This document shows, in pieces, positions 1-11,550 of a DNA stretch of 64,000 nt. The stretch lies in NCBI GenBank assembly GCA_002269645.1, contig NIVC01000988.1, forward strand, positions 124,001 to 188,000, written 5' to 3'. Each line of letters opens with the position of its first letter. Positions within the stretch are counted from its first letter, which is position 1. The notes under the pieces were generated by a model, which worked only from the letters and a program-made list of their open reading frames with translations, was not told the origin of the DNA and searched no databases. The DNA is from Macrostomum lignano. Its lineage: Eukaryota. Position numbers and translations under genes: made by a program.

Positions 1-311
1 TCTCTCTTAGTAGAAGTGCCCGTTAAGTTCTTCCCAAAACTCTGTAGCGGATTCTGCCTTCTGTGCTCGCTAAAAAATCTCCCCCTCACCCAGCCTCAAC
101 CGAGCCTCATCAACTCCTCCTCTCACCCTGCTCGCTTTCCAAACCAATCCTCACATCGCGCCTGCATGACGCAAGCACAGCAGCAGCAGCAGCCAGTCGC
201 AACCGTTTGAGAAATCCCTGCTGCTCTTTTTGCCCGCATATCAGGCCAGCAGCAGGATGAGGTTTCACTCGCCAGCAGAGCGACGTCGAAAAAGAATAGG
301 AAAATCGGGGA

Positions 312-3300
312 ATGCAGAAAACGATTCGAGTCAACGATTCCCAGCTGTTGCACTTGGCCAGCAAGGCCAGGCGGAACAATGCGGCGGCGTCCACAATGGC
401 TGGGAATTTGTTTAAACGCAGTCTGGACACGGGACGGTGGCAGTTACGCTACTTCATTCTGTACCAGAATCTGCTGTTCTACTACGAGACCGAGCGTAAC
501 GACAGGCCATCCGGCGTAGCTCTGCTTGAGGGCTCCTATTGCGATAAGTTCGCTTCGGTTAAATTGCCGGACAGAACCGACCGGCAGCAACTGTCGGTAA
601 GTTTTTGTAAAGAGCTTCTTTTGCGATTGCGACTAGTTTACAAATTTCGAAATTATTTCTAAATATTCGGTTTCTCTGAGTTTCTCTGAGCAATTGTAAA
701 TTCATTTTTTTCATGGTTGCAGCACTGTTTTAGTATCTTCTATAAGAAGGACGGTCAACGGCACTACGACTTGCGTGCCGAATCGGAGACAGATTGCGAA
801 GCCTGGGTTGAAGCGATTCGAAATGCCAGGTTTGTGGCTCAGATTCTGTTCGCTTTTGTGACTTATTCAATGGGTAGGGATGCACGGGATAGGTAGGGGA
901 GTGAGATGGCGCTCTGAAGGGGTAGGAATGGATGGGAGAGATAGGAGATGGGAGAGATAGGAGAGTGAGGTGGCGCTCTGAAGGATAGAAATGGACAGAA
1001 TAGATAGGGGAGTGAGGTAGCGCTCTGAAGGGTAGGAATGCATGGGATAGATAGGGGAGTGAGGTGGCGCTCTGAAGGGTAGGAATGTACGGGATAGATA
1101 GGGGAGTGAGGTGGCGCTCTGAAGGGGTAGGAATGCACGGGATAGATAGGGGAGTGAGGTGGCGCTCTGAAGGGGTAGGAATGCACGGGATACGGGATAG
1201 ATAGGGGAGTGAGGTGGGGCTCTGAAGGGGTAGGAATGCACGGGATAGATAGGGGAGTGAGGTGGGGCTCTGCAGAGGTAGAAGAGAAAGAAAGGAGAGG
1301 GAAGGACAAGGCTCATGGATCAGTTACACATTAATCAAGGCACGCCATGCAGTTTGTAAACGGCCTGACAAATATACGAAGTTGAAATCGTTAAGCAGAT
1401 GTTCTCCTTGTGTGCGTCAGCAGAATAAATAAAGAAAACTCAATGCAACAGGTGGCCTATCGCTAATGATCCCGTTTTTCTGAATTGTTCAGCTGCATAA
1501 ATCAATCGCGAATCGACGTCATTGTAACGAAATCACCAAATAATAATATTTTTAGCTACAGTCGGCTCCAGGAGCTGAAGGAGGAGCTGGACCAGAAGCA
1601 CCAGCATTTGATGCACATCCTGGAGAGCGAGCGCCGATCAAAATGGAACTACGTCCAGCAGACTGAGGAGCTGGGTAGCGAGGTGCGGAAACTTCGTATG
1701 GAGATTCGAGAGGTTGGTCACATTTATTGGTGTCATCCATTTTAAAAGTTCGTCAAAAAATGCGAAAATTACCATCAGTAGCGCAAGGAATTGCTATCGT
1801 GTTAGCCAAGTATGCCCATTCGTCTTGCTGAATTAGTGACTACGAGCTTTAATGAATATTGTGCAACTTTCCAGTCCCTAAAATAACCTGCTCGGCCAAA
1901 ATTCCCAGAAGATCTCGTTCGCTCTCACCATCTCCCGCCCCCCCCTCTCTCCCTCTTCCTCCGCCCCTCTCCCCCTCTCTTTCTCTTTCTCCTCCCTCTA
2001 CCTCCCTCTTCATCTTCCTCCCTCCCTGTCCCTCTTGCTCCCTCCCTCTCTCTCTCCCTCCCTGTCCTCCCTCTCTTCCCCTACCTCACCCTGTCTCCTC
2101 CCCACTGATAGGCGGTTGTGCTGCTCTTTTGTAAAACGCGCAATATTTATAAGCATAACGTCCTTCCAACTTTTGGTTGTCTACGAGCGTATATTGAGAT
2201 ATCCAGTATGTTTTAAAATGCTTTGACTGTGGACAAATTTAAGCCATATTTGAATTATTTTCGAATCACCATACCGGTAGACTATCGCTAAAGTCACTCT
2301 CTACAAAAAGCTAGCCAACTCTACCCGCCACACAATTTGCAGTTAAAAGGCGCCAAGCGAATCGGCAGCCAGCTGGGTCGAAGCCAATCGTCTCAATCGT
2401 CAGTCGAGGAATCAGAAGAGCTGCGCCGAAGCAAGAAGGTTATGAAATGGCGGGTTGTATATGAAAAAAAATTATTAATAATTTCAATCGATACATTCAC
2501 CAAGAAAGCTAAAAGCTCTTTACGAAATTGGATACAGAATTGGAATATAAATTGCAGATGGGATCAGAGCAAACGGTTTCCCTCAAAGAAAATGGCTGGA
2601 CAAATTTTGATTAAAGCCAAGGAAATTGTATCCTGGGATTTTGTCTGGCGATAGCGGGAAAGCGAAGGGAGGGTGGAAACAAGAATGTGTGGAGTTTTTA
2701 ATTTCAATGAAAGGGGCTTTTCAGATTAATTAAAGACGATTTTTAATTGAAAAATCCCGCAAAGTGGATTCTATTTTTTCTCTAGGGTTTGGCGTGAAGG
2801 TTTCTGAAAATGTTACTGAAGATTCCGATTATGGATAGACTTAAGGATATACTCAGTGGGAGAAGGAGATACTCAGTGGGAGGAGATTATATAAATAGTG
2901 GGAGAAGGAGATACTCAGTGGGAAAAGGAGATACTCAGTGGGAAAAGGAGATACTCAATGGGAGAAGGAGATACTCAATGGGAAAAGGAGATACTCAGTG
3001 GGAAAAGGAGATACTCAATGGGAGAAGGAGATACTCAGTGGGAGAAGGAAATACTCAGTGGTAGAGGGAGATACTCAACGTAGAAGGAGATACTCAATGA
3101 ATGGGAGAAGGACATACTCAGTGGGAGAGGGAGATACTCAACGTAGAAGGAGATACTCAGTGGGAGAGGGAGATACTTAACGTAGAAGGAGATACTCAAT
3201 GTAGAGGGAGATACTCAACGTAGAAGGAGATACTCAGTGGGAGAGGGAGAAGGACATACTCGTGGGAGAAGGAGATACTCAGTGTAAGAAGGAGATACTC

Positions 3301-6300
3301 AGTGTAAGAAGGAGATACTCAGTGTAAGAAGGAGATACTCAGTGTAAGAAGGAGATACTCAGTGTAAGAAGGAGATACTCAGTGTAAGAAGGAGATACTC
3401 AGTGTAAGAAGGAGATACTCAGTGTAAGAAGGAGATACTCAGTGTAAGAAGGAGATACTCAGTGTAAGAAGGAGATACTCAGTGTAAGAAGGAGATACTC
3501 AGTGTAAGAAGGAGATACTCAGTGTAAGAAGGAGATACTCAGTGTAAGAAGGAGATACTCAGTGTAAGGAGGAGATACTCAGTGTAAGAAGGAGATACTC
3601 AGTGTAAGAAGGAGATACTCAGTGTAAGAAAGAGATACTCAGTGGGAGAGTGTTAAATAGACAAGTACAATAGCGTAAATTACTTCAACTAATACCTAAC
3701 TCATTTCAATTTCTCAAGGCCTCCCAGGTGCAGTCTTTCTTCCGCGGCTGGCTGTGCCGAAGGCGCTGGAAGCAGATAGTGGAAATGTACATAAAATCTG
3801 AGCACGCTGAGCACATGCGCAAGCGAAATGGCATCGTGTTCGGGCTGGTAGAATGCGAGCAGGAGTACGTGCAGCAGATCAGCGTACTCGTGTCCTGCTT
3901 TCTGCGCCCATTCAAAATGGCCGCCTCTGCTCGAAAGCCGATCATCTCTCACGAGGACGTGAATTCCATCTTTCTTAACGCGTGAGGCGTCTTTGTGACT
4001 TTTGCCGCGGGTGGTCAGGGGTTAAAGGGAGTCGCCATCACAAACCCAAAAAATCACAACTCCGAAAGCACTTTCCATCATAAACCAGAAATATCATAAA
4101 CACGAAATATCATAAACCCGAAATATCATAAACACGAAATATCATAAACCCGAAATATCATAAACACGAAATATCATAAACCCGAAATATCTATAAACCC
4201 GAAAGATCATAAACCCGAAATATCATAAACCCGAAATATCATAAACCCGAAATATCATAAACCCGAAATATCATAAACCCGAAATATCTATAAACCCGAA
4301 ATGTCGCAAACCCGAAAAAGCTAAACTCCAAAAACTGAAACAGCAACGCCCGTCCCAAACCTGAAATTTCATAGCTCCGAAAGTTCTAGCAAACGGTATT
4401 TTAAGTTTTGAAGCTATGATATTTCGGGTTTGGGATATTTCGGGTTTATGATTGATATTCAGTGCTATTCAGCACTAACAATGATACATGTACGGCAATT
4501 TTTAGCTCCGTATTTCTGCGTTACTACTAACAGTATTATTGTTTATTATTGTTGTTACGAAGACATGTCTAATAAACCATCCATTCCGATTCCAGAGAGA
4601 CGCTGCTCTTCTTGCACCAGATATTCTTGCAGGGTCTAAACAGCAAAATGGACAATTGGCCAACTCTTCAGCTGGGCGACCTGTTCGACATGCTGCTGCC
4701 CATGCTGGCCATCTACCAGGAGTACGTCCGCAATCACCATTTCAGCCTGCAGGTGCTGGCCGAGTACAAGCAGAAGCCAGAGTTTGCCGCCCTGCTGAAG
4801 CGCTACGAGGATCGACCGGTGTGCGAAGGTCGCAGCCTTGATACATTTCTCACCTATCCGATGCACCAGATACCTCGCTACATCATCACCCTGCACGAGC
4901 TGCTGGCTCACACGCCGCACGATCACGTCGACCGTCAGCAGCTGGAGTTCGCCAACAGCAAGCTGGAGAATCTGTCCCACGTGATGCACGACGAGGTCTC
5001 CGAAACGGAGAATATTCGTAAAAATCTGGCCATCGAACGGACTATTGTTGAAGGCTGCGACATCTTGTTGGACGTGAATCAGATCTTTGTGCGACAGGGC
5101 ACTCTGACCCAGGTGATGGGGCCGGACAAACAGCGCATCAGGCCTAGACTCGGCTCGTTCAGTTCAACCTTTGGCAAGGACTCAAAGAAGGAAGCCGCCC
5201 GACAGGTGTTTCTGTTTACAAATCATCTCATACTGACTACAAGAGCTTCGAATGGCCGGCTGCACCTGGTCAAGGTGAGGATAAAAACTTTTCAAGGCCT
5301 CGAAGATTGTTCTAACACTATTGTGCCAAGCTGATTCGTTCAACAGATTCTTGTCACTGCTGTTAGTTATGAAACGTCCTCCAGAGAGTTTTAAAAGTAA
5401 AAGGCAGAATATTTTATTCATGCGGAAAGTATCGAAATGCAGTATCGAATCTTGATTTGTTTTTTTGTTTCGTCTTGATTTCGGTCGTAAGTTGTTTCAT
5501 TGTCATTAGTCAGGGTGTCATAAAACTTAGATAAATCTAGTAAGTAATCATTGTCGGCTGATTGTCTGTGAAGGAATGAATGATTCCTGCATGGAAAATC
5601 AGCCGACAATGACTTTCTTGCACGCTTTTTCGTGCAGGAATGGATGTCTATGGTTAAATCTCACTGAAAAAGCATTAGGCGCAGAAATGCATTGCTGAAT
5701 AGTTTTGTGCATTGCTGCACGATGACTCATCAAACAATGGGATTCCTGCACGTTCACTCGCGCGTGAAGAACATCTTGCACTCCTGCGCTAGCCTGTATA
5801 ATTTTGGGGAGGTTTCGTCATAGAAATTATAAATCCTGCACGCAAAATGCTCGCATATAGCTTCACATAAAAAATAATTTTCCGCATTGCAGAACAACGG
5901 CAAGATTCCTCTGGCCGATTGCACTCTGTCTGAAGATACCAGCTCAGATTTTTTCTACTGTGAAGATGACTACAATACCGGCTATGATAGTCAGCCTCAA
6001 TCGCAGCAACAACAGCAACAGTCGCAGCAGAATAGTGGCATGCTGACGGTAGGAACACCACCAAAAAGTCAGCAGCTTCAGCAGCAGCAGCAGCAACAAC
6101 ACCAACAGCAGCAACAACAGCAACAGCAACAGCCAGACTATGGCGGACTCGACTTCCGCCTCATCATGGACGTGAAATCTGGTCCGCCTGTCATCATCAC
6201 TCTGGTGGCAATTTCAGTTCAGGAGAAAGCGGCTTGGTGTTCCGACATCAACCAGGTAAGGCTTCGCTAAACTTTAAACAACTAATAATGCGTCAATCAG

Positions 6301-7531
6301 TAATTACAGTGTACTTGAGCAAGACAGTTTTTAAAATCGAATGTTCTAAAAGCTTAAAATGTGTTTTGATTTGTCGACCAGTGCATCGAACAGATTCACT
6401 ACAGCGACTTGCTGAATAGTTCGCTGGCCGAAATCAGCTCGGTTAGCATGCCGCACACGATACGGTAAGTCCTTGGAGCTTCTCACGTACTACTGAAGTT
6501 ACTACTTTCTAAATCAGTAAGCATGAATGACATCACGACTTTAAAGATCCGATCCAAAGCTGTACCGAGACGATATCGACATAAAATTCAGTAGGACTTT
6601 GAACTCTTGCAAGGTGCCGCAGGTAGGATGATTAAATAATGAGTAAATAAAAATCGGTATGTTGAATTTCGAGAGGATTAACTCTAATTTAATCACTGCT
6701 CAAAATAAAACTCTAGATCCGTCACGCCTCAGTCGACAGACTGCTAGACCGACTGACAGACCTTCGCTTTCTGAGCATTGATTTTCTAAACACCTTTCTG
6801 CTGACCTACCGGATCTTTACAAAGTCAGAGACGGTAGTTAATGCCCTGCGACAGGTGTTATCCAATCCTGAATGCGGAAATCTGGATCCAAGGCCGAGCT
6901 TCTCTGCGGCTGGGTAAATAGTGACAAAATGGCGAAATATTACAAAATCGGTTGATCAGTTTATTTTTTATATCCCCAAAGAATGCGTTCATAAATGAAT
7001 GACATTACCATTGTCTCCATCAACCGCACAAAGGTCTGGTGAAGCCGAGACCAGCGGAAACTTTCTGTCCGTCTATGGCGGTGTCGCGGCCGCTTTAGCC
7101 GCAACCAGAGGAGCTTCTGGTGGCAGCGGTGGGACTGGCGGCGCCAACTATCTTCACGTGAATCCTCTGTCGGACAAAACACGACGAATCAGCACAGGAA
7201 TGATGCGGATGGAGGCGGCCAGCGGCACAGACGGCAGTAGCAGCAGCCATCGCACTGGCAGCCTCGATGCGACCGTTGCTGCGGCCCTCAGTCCGACATC
7301 AAAAGGCCCAACGGAGAAGCCAACTGCAGGGGCGCCGAAATCTCCACAGCTACTTCCTTCTGCCGCTTCTAGCCAGCTCACGGATGTCCTGCACGAGCTT
7401 TCAGACGTTGCAGAGCATCGTCGACAAATTATGCTTACACAGCAACGGCAGAAATCTCGCGGTGGACAGTTGAACAGCAGCTGCTCGGAAGATGAGAAGG
7501 AGATTCAGCCGAATCGAGATCCTGCGCCACC

Positions 7532-7566
<35 letters not shown>

Positions 7567-10500
7567 CACCGGCTCAGCGTCAATACAATCGACGCCCGAA
7601 TCGACCGTCGCATCTACCAGCTGCTGTAGCTGCTGCTACATCAGCTACCTCTGTGGCTACATCGGCGGCTACGAGTACTTCCCGTAGTGCTTTAGCCGTT
7701 GACTCCAGCGGTTCAACTTCTCCGAGAAGAGCCACTTCGCCAGCTGTCTCTACAGCTGTATCGCCGATTGCTCACAGCGCCAGCTCTTCAACTGTTGCTC
7801 CGCTGCTGACAGCTGCCACAGAGACCACCGCTAAGAATGTTACCTTTCTGAGCCCGGGCGGAGTCAGTTCCGGTTTTCTCTCTCCTCGAGGCTCCATGGC
7901 TTCGTCTAGTGAGTCTCAAAAGGATGCGGTGTCTTATAGCATATTGTCGTTGTTGCCCTGAATATGTTAGAAATCCTGAAGTGACTCTCAAAATTGCAAA
8001 CACCAAGTCGAAAACTTCTCAGATAGCTCGAAGCGGCCATCGTACGCCGAGTCTTCCGGCTGCGATCTTCCTGCTCCCGCATCTGCAGCGGCTGTCGGGC
8101 CGCCGCCATGCAAAGCCGGAGCCGTCGTCACTTCGTCTCGCGCCGTTGGCCGACGGTCCAGTAACACGGCTGCCGCTCTGGCTTTTGCCGTGGCCACCGC
8201 CGGGGCTGCTAGCACTTCAACGGTGGTGACGTCGACCACCACAGTGACAACGGCTCGACGCAGCACTGGGACAGCACCTTCGCAACCGCAGCAGCGGCCC
8301 AGCGATGCCGCCATGGCTGCAGCAGCCTTCAACAGCAACAGCATGTTGATGAAGCGGTTAAGCATTATCTGTACGGCCGCCACGATGCGCGTGCTGAATG
8401 TCCTGCGACACTGGGTGTACAAATTCGGCGAAGACGTAGAGGCTGACATTGAGCTGCGACAGCAGATGATTCAACTGCTGGAAGACCTGGTTAGTTTTGA
8501 TTAACAACCCACTTGGAACAATTTGTGTCCTTGAGCAAGACACTTAACTGCATTGCTTCAGTTCAAATGGGTACCATACCAGCATTAGATGGGGTAATTG
8601 AGGGTTTGTGTGTGGCGATCCCCCCAGGCCTTGAACTGAACAGCCTTCAGATGCACCGCGCAATACCTGTGGCTGAGCTGTCGGTTGCACATCTGCCTAA
8701 TAAGGCAGTTGTAATCAATTTTTTTGGGCAACAGCTACACTGCTGGTGGCGGATCGTCAAAGTCTTGAGACATCAACCTCATCAAGAATGTCTGCGACTT
8801 CGTAAAGCCAAGAGTTCAGCAGTGTGTCCCACAGATGGCTGAACGGTTGCGACTGGCGATTCATATAGCTATTAAAGGAGTCATAAAATAAATTGACTGG
8901 TCAATAAAACCACGTATATTTTAAGACTCGATGAATCATATTCTCTGTAAATCAGTCTAAAGCATCATTAGCTGGATCAAAACGCGGTTGTAGAGATTAA
9001 CTCAGTCAGTTATGTTTTCAGGATATGAGACTTTGAAAATATACACTGCAAGGGCAACTTAGAATGTATACTGCATACTGAAAAGTGTATACTGAAAATT
9101 TATACTACAAAGCTTTATAGACAATAGCCTGATTCAATAACACAATGCTCGAGGCTGCACTCTGATTGTCTCCATCCGCAGATCTGCAACCAGAGTCTGT
9201 TCCCACCGGATCACAAAGCTGCTGTGCAAATGCTGCTTCTGCTACGCGACGGGAACCTGATCGACAATCCAGTGAACATCGATAGTATTTTGACACCCGG
9301 TGGCGCCTCAAGTGACGCTTTAGGCGCTACTGGCGGTGGTGGCGCTGTCGGCAGGAGCGAAACTGGCAGCTGTTTCGATCGCCTCTCGGCTCTGGACATA
9401 GCGGAGCAGATGACCTACATTGATCATCAGTTGTTCCGAGCTATGAAATCAACGTAAGTGACGAAACATCAACATAAACTTTATCTGCTCAAGGCTTTTT
9501 TATGGATCATCCTTTAGATGCGCCGCACAATAGCTGCGGCTGAGCTGTCGATTGCACATCTGCCCATAGGGCATGCATAATAAATTATTACAATTACTTT
9601 TATATCTGCACTAACGAAAACCTCTGCTTCGGTTGGCACTATACCCCCCCCCCCAGATTTTCGCTTGATAAGCGAGCGCTCAAGATGAAAATTTCTCTGA
9701 AAAGACGTTTTTTGTCATGGAAACTAAAACAAGGAACGTTACAGACAGAAATAAATGAAGCATAACCTCCAATGTTGTTCCAGTGACATCATCATGCAGA
9801 TATCGATGCGCAAAAGCGCCAAGGACAAAACTAACTCAACTGTGCTACGAATCAGCCGCCGTTTCAACGAAATGAGCTCTCTAGTGATCACGGAGATCGT
9901 GAGTCGGACGGACGTCACGGATCGGATTGCGTGTATCGAGAAGTGGGCCGCCATCGCCGATATTTGTCGGTGCCTGCGAAACTACAACGGCGTGCTGCAG
10001 ATCTGCGCCGCTTTCGTTAATTCGGCGGTTTTTCGACTCAAACGGACGTGGGATCGTTTGAGCAAGACAACCAGACTGATGGTGGACCGGCTGCAACAGC
10101 TGGTGTCTTCTGACGGTCGGTTCCGAAACATGAGAGCTGCACTGCACACGTGAGTCTTAAAATTGATAGCAACCTCACATCAAGCCTCATGCCTAAATGC
10201 TCAAAAAACACCAAATTGTTTGTATTGTTTCTATCTAATTGAATCACAGATGCGATCCACCGTGCATCCCATATTTGGGAATGTACCTGACCGATCTTTC
10301 CTTCATCGAGGAGGGCACGTCCAACATTACAGAGGAGGGTCTTGTCAACTTTTGCAAAATGCGAATGGTAGCTAATTTTGAAAAACTTATCATTCTGCAT
10401 CTTGAAATCATACCAAATGTGACATCTATATTTGACTGTACTGAAAATTCGCTCCACTGAAACCTGGTACAGATAGCCCACGTGATCCGAGAGATTCAGC

Positions 10501-11550
10501 AATACCAGCAGACTCCCTATCGGATTGAGTATAATGCCACGGTGAGTCAGTAGGTACACCATTACCTTAACCGCATTAGTGATCTGTTGAGTTCGTTGAT
10601 ACATGTACCTTGAATTACTTCTAATTTATCATGAGAGGGAATAAAGAAGTGACACTTTTCAGAGGATTAATAGTATTACGAGCCTAGTAAAATACTGCAT
10701 TAAAGTCTATAGCAATCAGCTGACCGGACTGACTGCAGTAGCTGAGCGTGAGATCGCTTCGAAAACTGAGCCCGTCCGTCCCTAGACCCCACAGCTCGAA
10801 AGTTCCCGAAGGCAGTGTCCCCAAGAAATTTAAGGGGAGGCAACTCACTGTACATGTAATTTCTACGCAGACTGGCAGTTTACTATTCAGAGGAGCAAGG
10901 CAGATAGGCCTAGAGTTTGCTAGAGTTAGTATAGTGTACTTAAGAGTTGACTTATCAAGGTAGATTCAACAGGCGCGCTCTCCTTCGCTCCACTCCAACA
11001 CATATTTGTATTTACCACGCCATTTCTCGGCCACCGATTGGCTGACATGAGCGCGTACACAATTAACAAATCACAACTGAGTAATGGGGGACGCTAGGCG
11101 GCAAGCTCAGCCAATCACACACAAAGGGGGTGAGGCGGCGCGCGTAGACTTCTTAACCTTCAGCCAAAGCGGGGGGTGGCGGGCATGTGAAAAAAAGGTG
11201 CAATGACGGGTGCACCCGCACTGAGGGCAGAATAAATCGCTCAACTGTGCAAGTGCACGCCGGCACAACGGTACTTTAGTTCGTTAGTACATTATGAGTG
11301 CGTTAGTACTTTTGTACGTATTATTAGTAAATTAGTGTGGTAGTATTCCCGTTACATATCATATAAGGATGAAACCAAACTCAAAGAGTCTTACACACAT
11401 CTAATTTTAAAGGCTTGCAACTATCTCCTGGACACGAGACGTTGCCTTGACGACGACGACGCCTACGCCGCCTCGCTATTGTTGGAGCCCAGGGCCTCAA
11501 TCTGCCCGGATTACACTCCGTCGACTGCTGGTCGATCTTCTATGAAGTGA
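312..11550 (+). CDS. RasGRF: Ras-specific guanine nucleotide-releasing factor (RasGRF family: PH1-CC-IQ-DH-PH2-REM-CDC25), 17 coding exons, ~1533 aa
   Basis: Exons spliced by hand, all GT-AG and phase-consistent: 312-596, 723-829, 1556-1712, 2343-2438, 3728-3981, 4596-5274, 5893-6255, 6382-6464, 6547-6622, 6717-6913, 7034-7908, 8023-8489, 9182-9453, 9784-10149, 10250-10367, 10473-10541, 11413-11550 (sum 4602 nt). RasGRF hallmarks: MQKTIRVND start, [12 protein letters not shown] motif [86 protein letters not shown]25 [22 protein letters not shown]. Confidence 0.96.
870..1300. repeat. 48-bp GA-rich minisatellite in RasGRF intron 2
   Basis: Unit ggggagtgaggtggcgctctgaaggggtaggaatgcacgggatagata; copies start at 1101 and 1149. 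Confidence 0.9.
1915..2100. repeat. CT-rich low-complexity tract in RasGRF intron 3
   Basis: Almost pure C/T sequence. Confidence 0.8.
2845..3650. repeat. 20-bp minisatellite in RasGRF intron 4
   Basis: Unit ggagatactcagtgtaagaa; near-perfect from about 3290 to 3640 and more variable upstream. Confidence 0.92.
4072..4452. repeat. 16-bp minisatellite with short inverted copies in RasGRF intron 5
   Basis: (aaatatcataaacccg)n at about 4072-4320; reverse-complement units gatatttcgggttt at about 4417-4452. Confidence 0.85.
8518..8580 (+). mobile_element. CORE-like SINE fragment in RasGRF intron 12
   Basis: ttgtgtccttgagcaagacacttaac...aaatgggtacc resembles the CORE-SINE central motif (gtgaccttgggcaagtcacttaac...aaatgg). 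Confidence 0.55.
8690..8950 (+). mobile_element. Degenerate Tc1/mariner-like transposase C-terminal relic in RasGRF intron 12
   Basis: Across a frameshift and a stop it reads [54 protein letters not shown], resembling the Tc1 motif WPxxSPDLNPIENxWxxxKxRV. Confidence 0.4.

Noticed and set aside
863-1316. Minus-strand 148- and 149-aa ORFs (also 2810-3180, 36842-37511, 40244-40883, 57522-58124)
   Set aside because: Each coincides with an intronic tandem repeat of a gene on the other or same strand.
7909-7961. RasGRF ending at the stop of ORF 6999-7961
   Set aside because: A gtgagt donor at 7909 splices in phase to 8023 and restores the conserved downstream domains; the ORF tail is intron read-through.
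10700-11300. GC-richer block in the last RasGRF intron with opposed CCAAT-like motifs (gattggctga and tcagccaatc)
   Set aside because: No TIRs, TSD or ORF could be defined, so there is not enough evidence to call an element or promoter.
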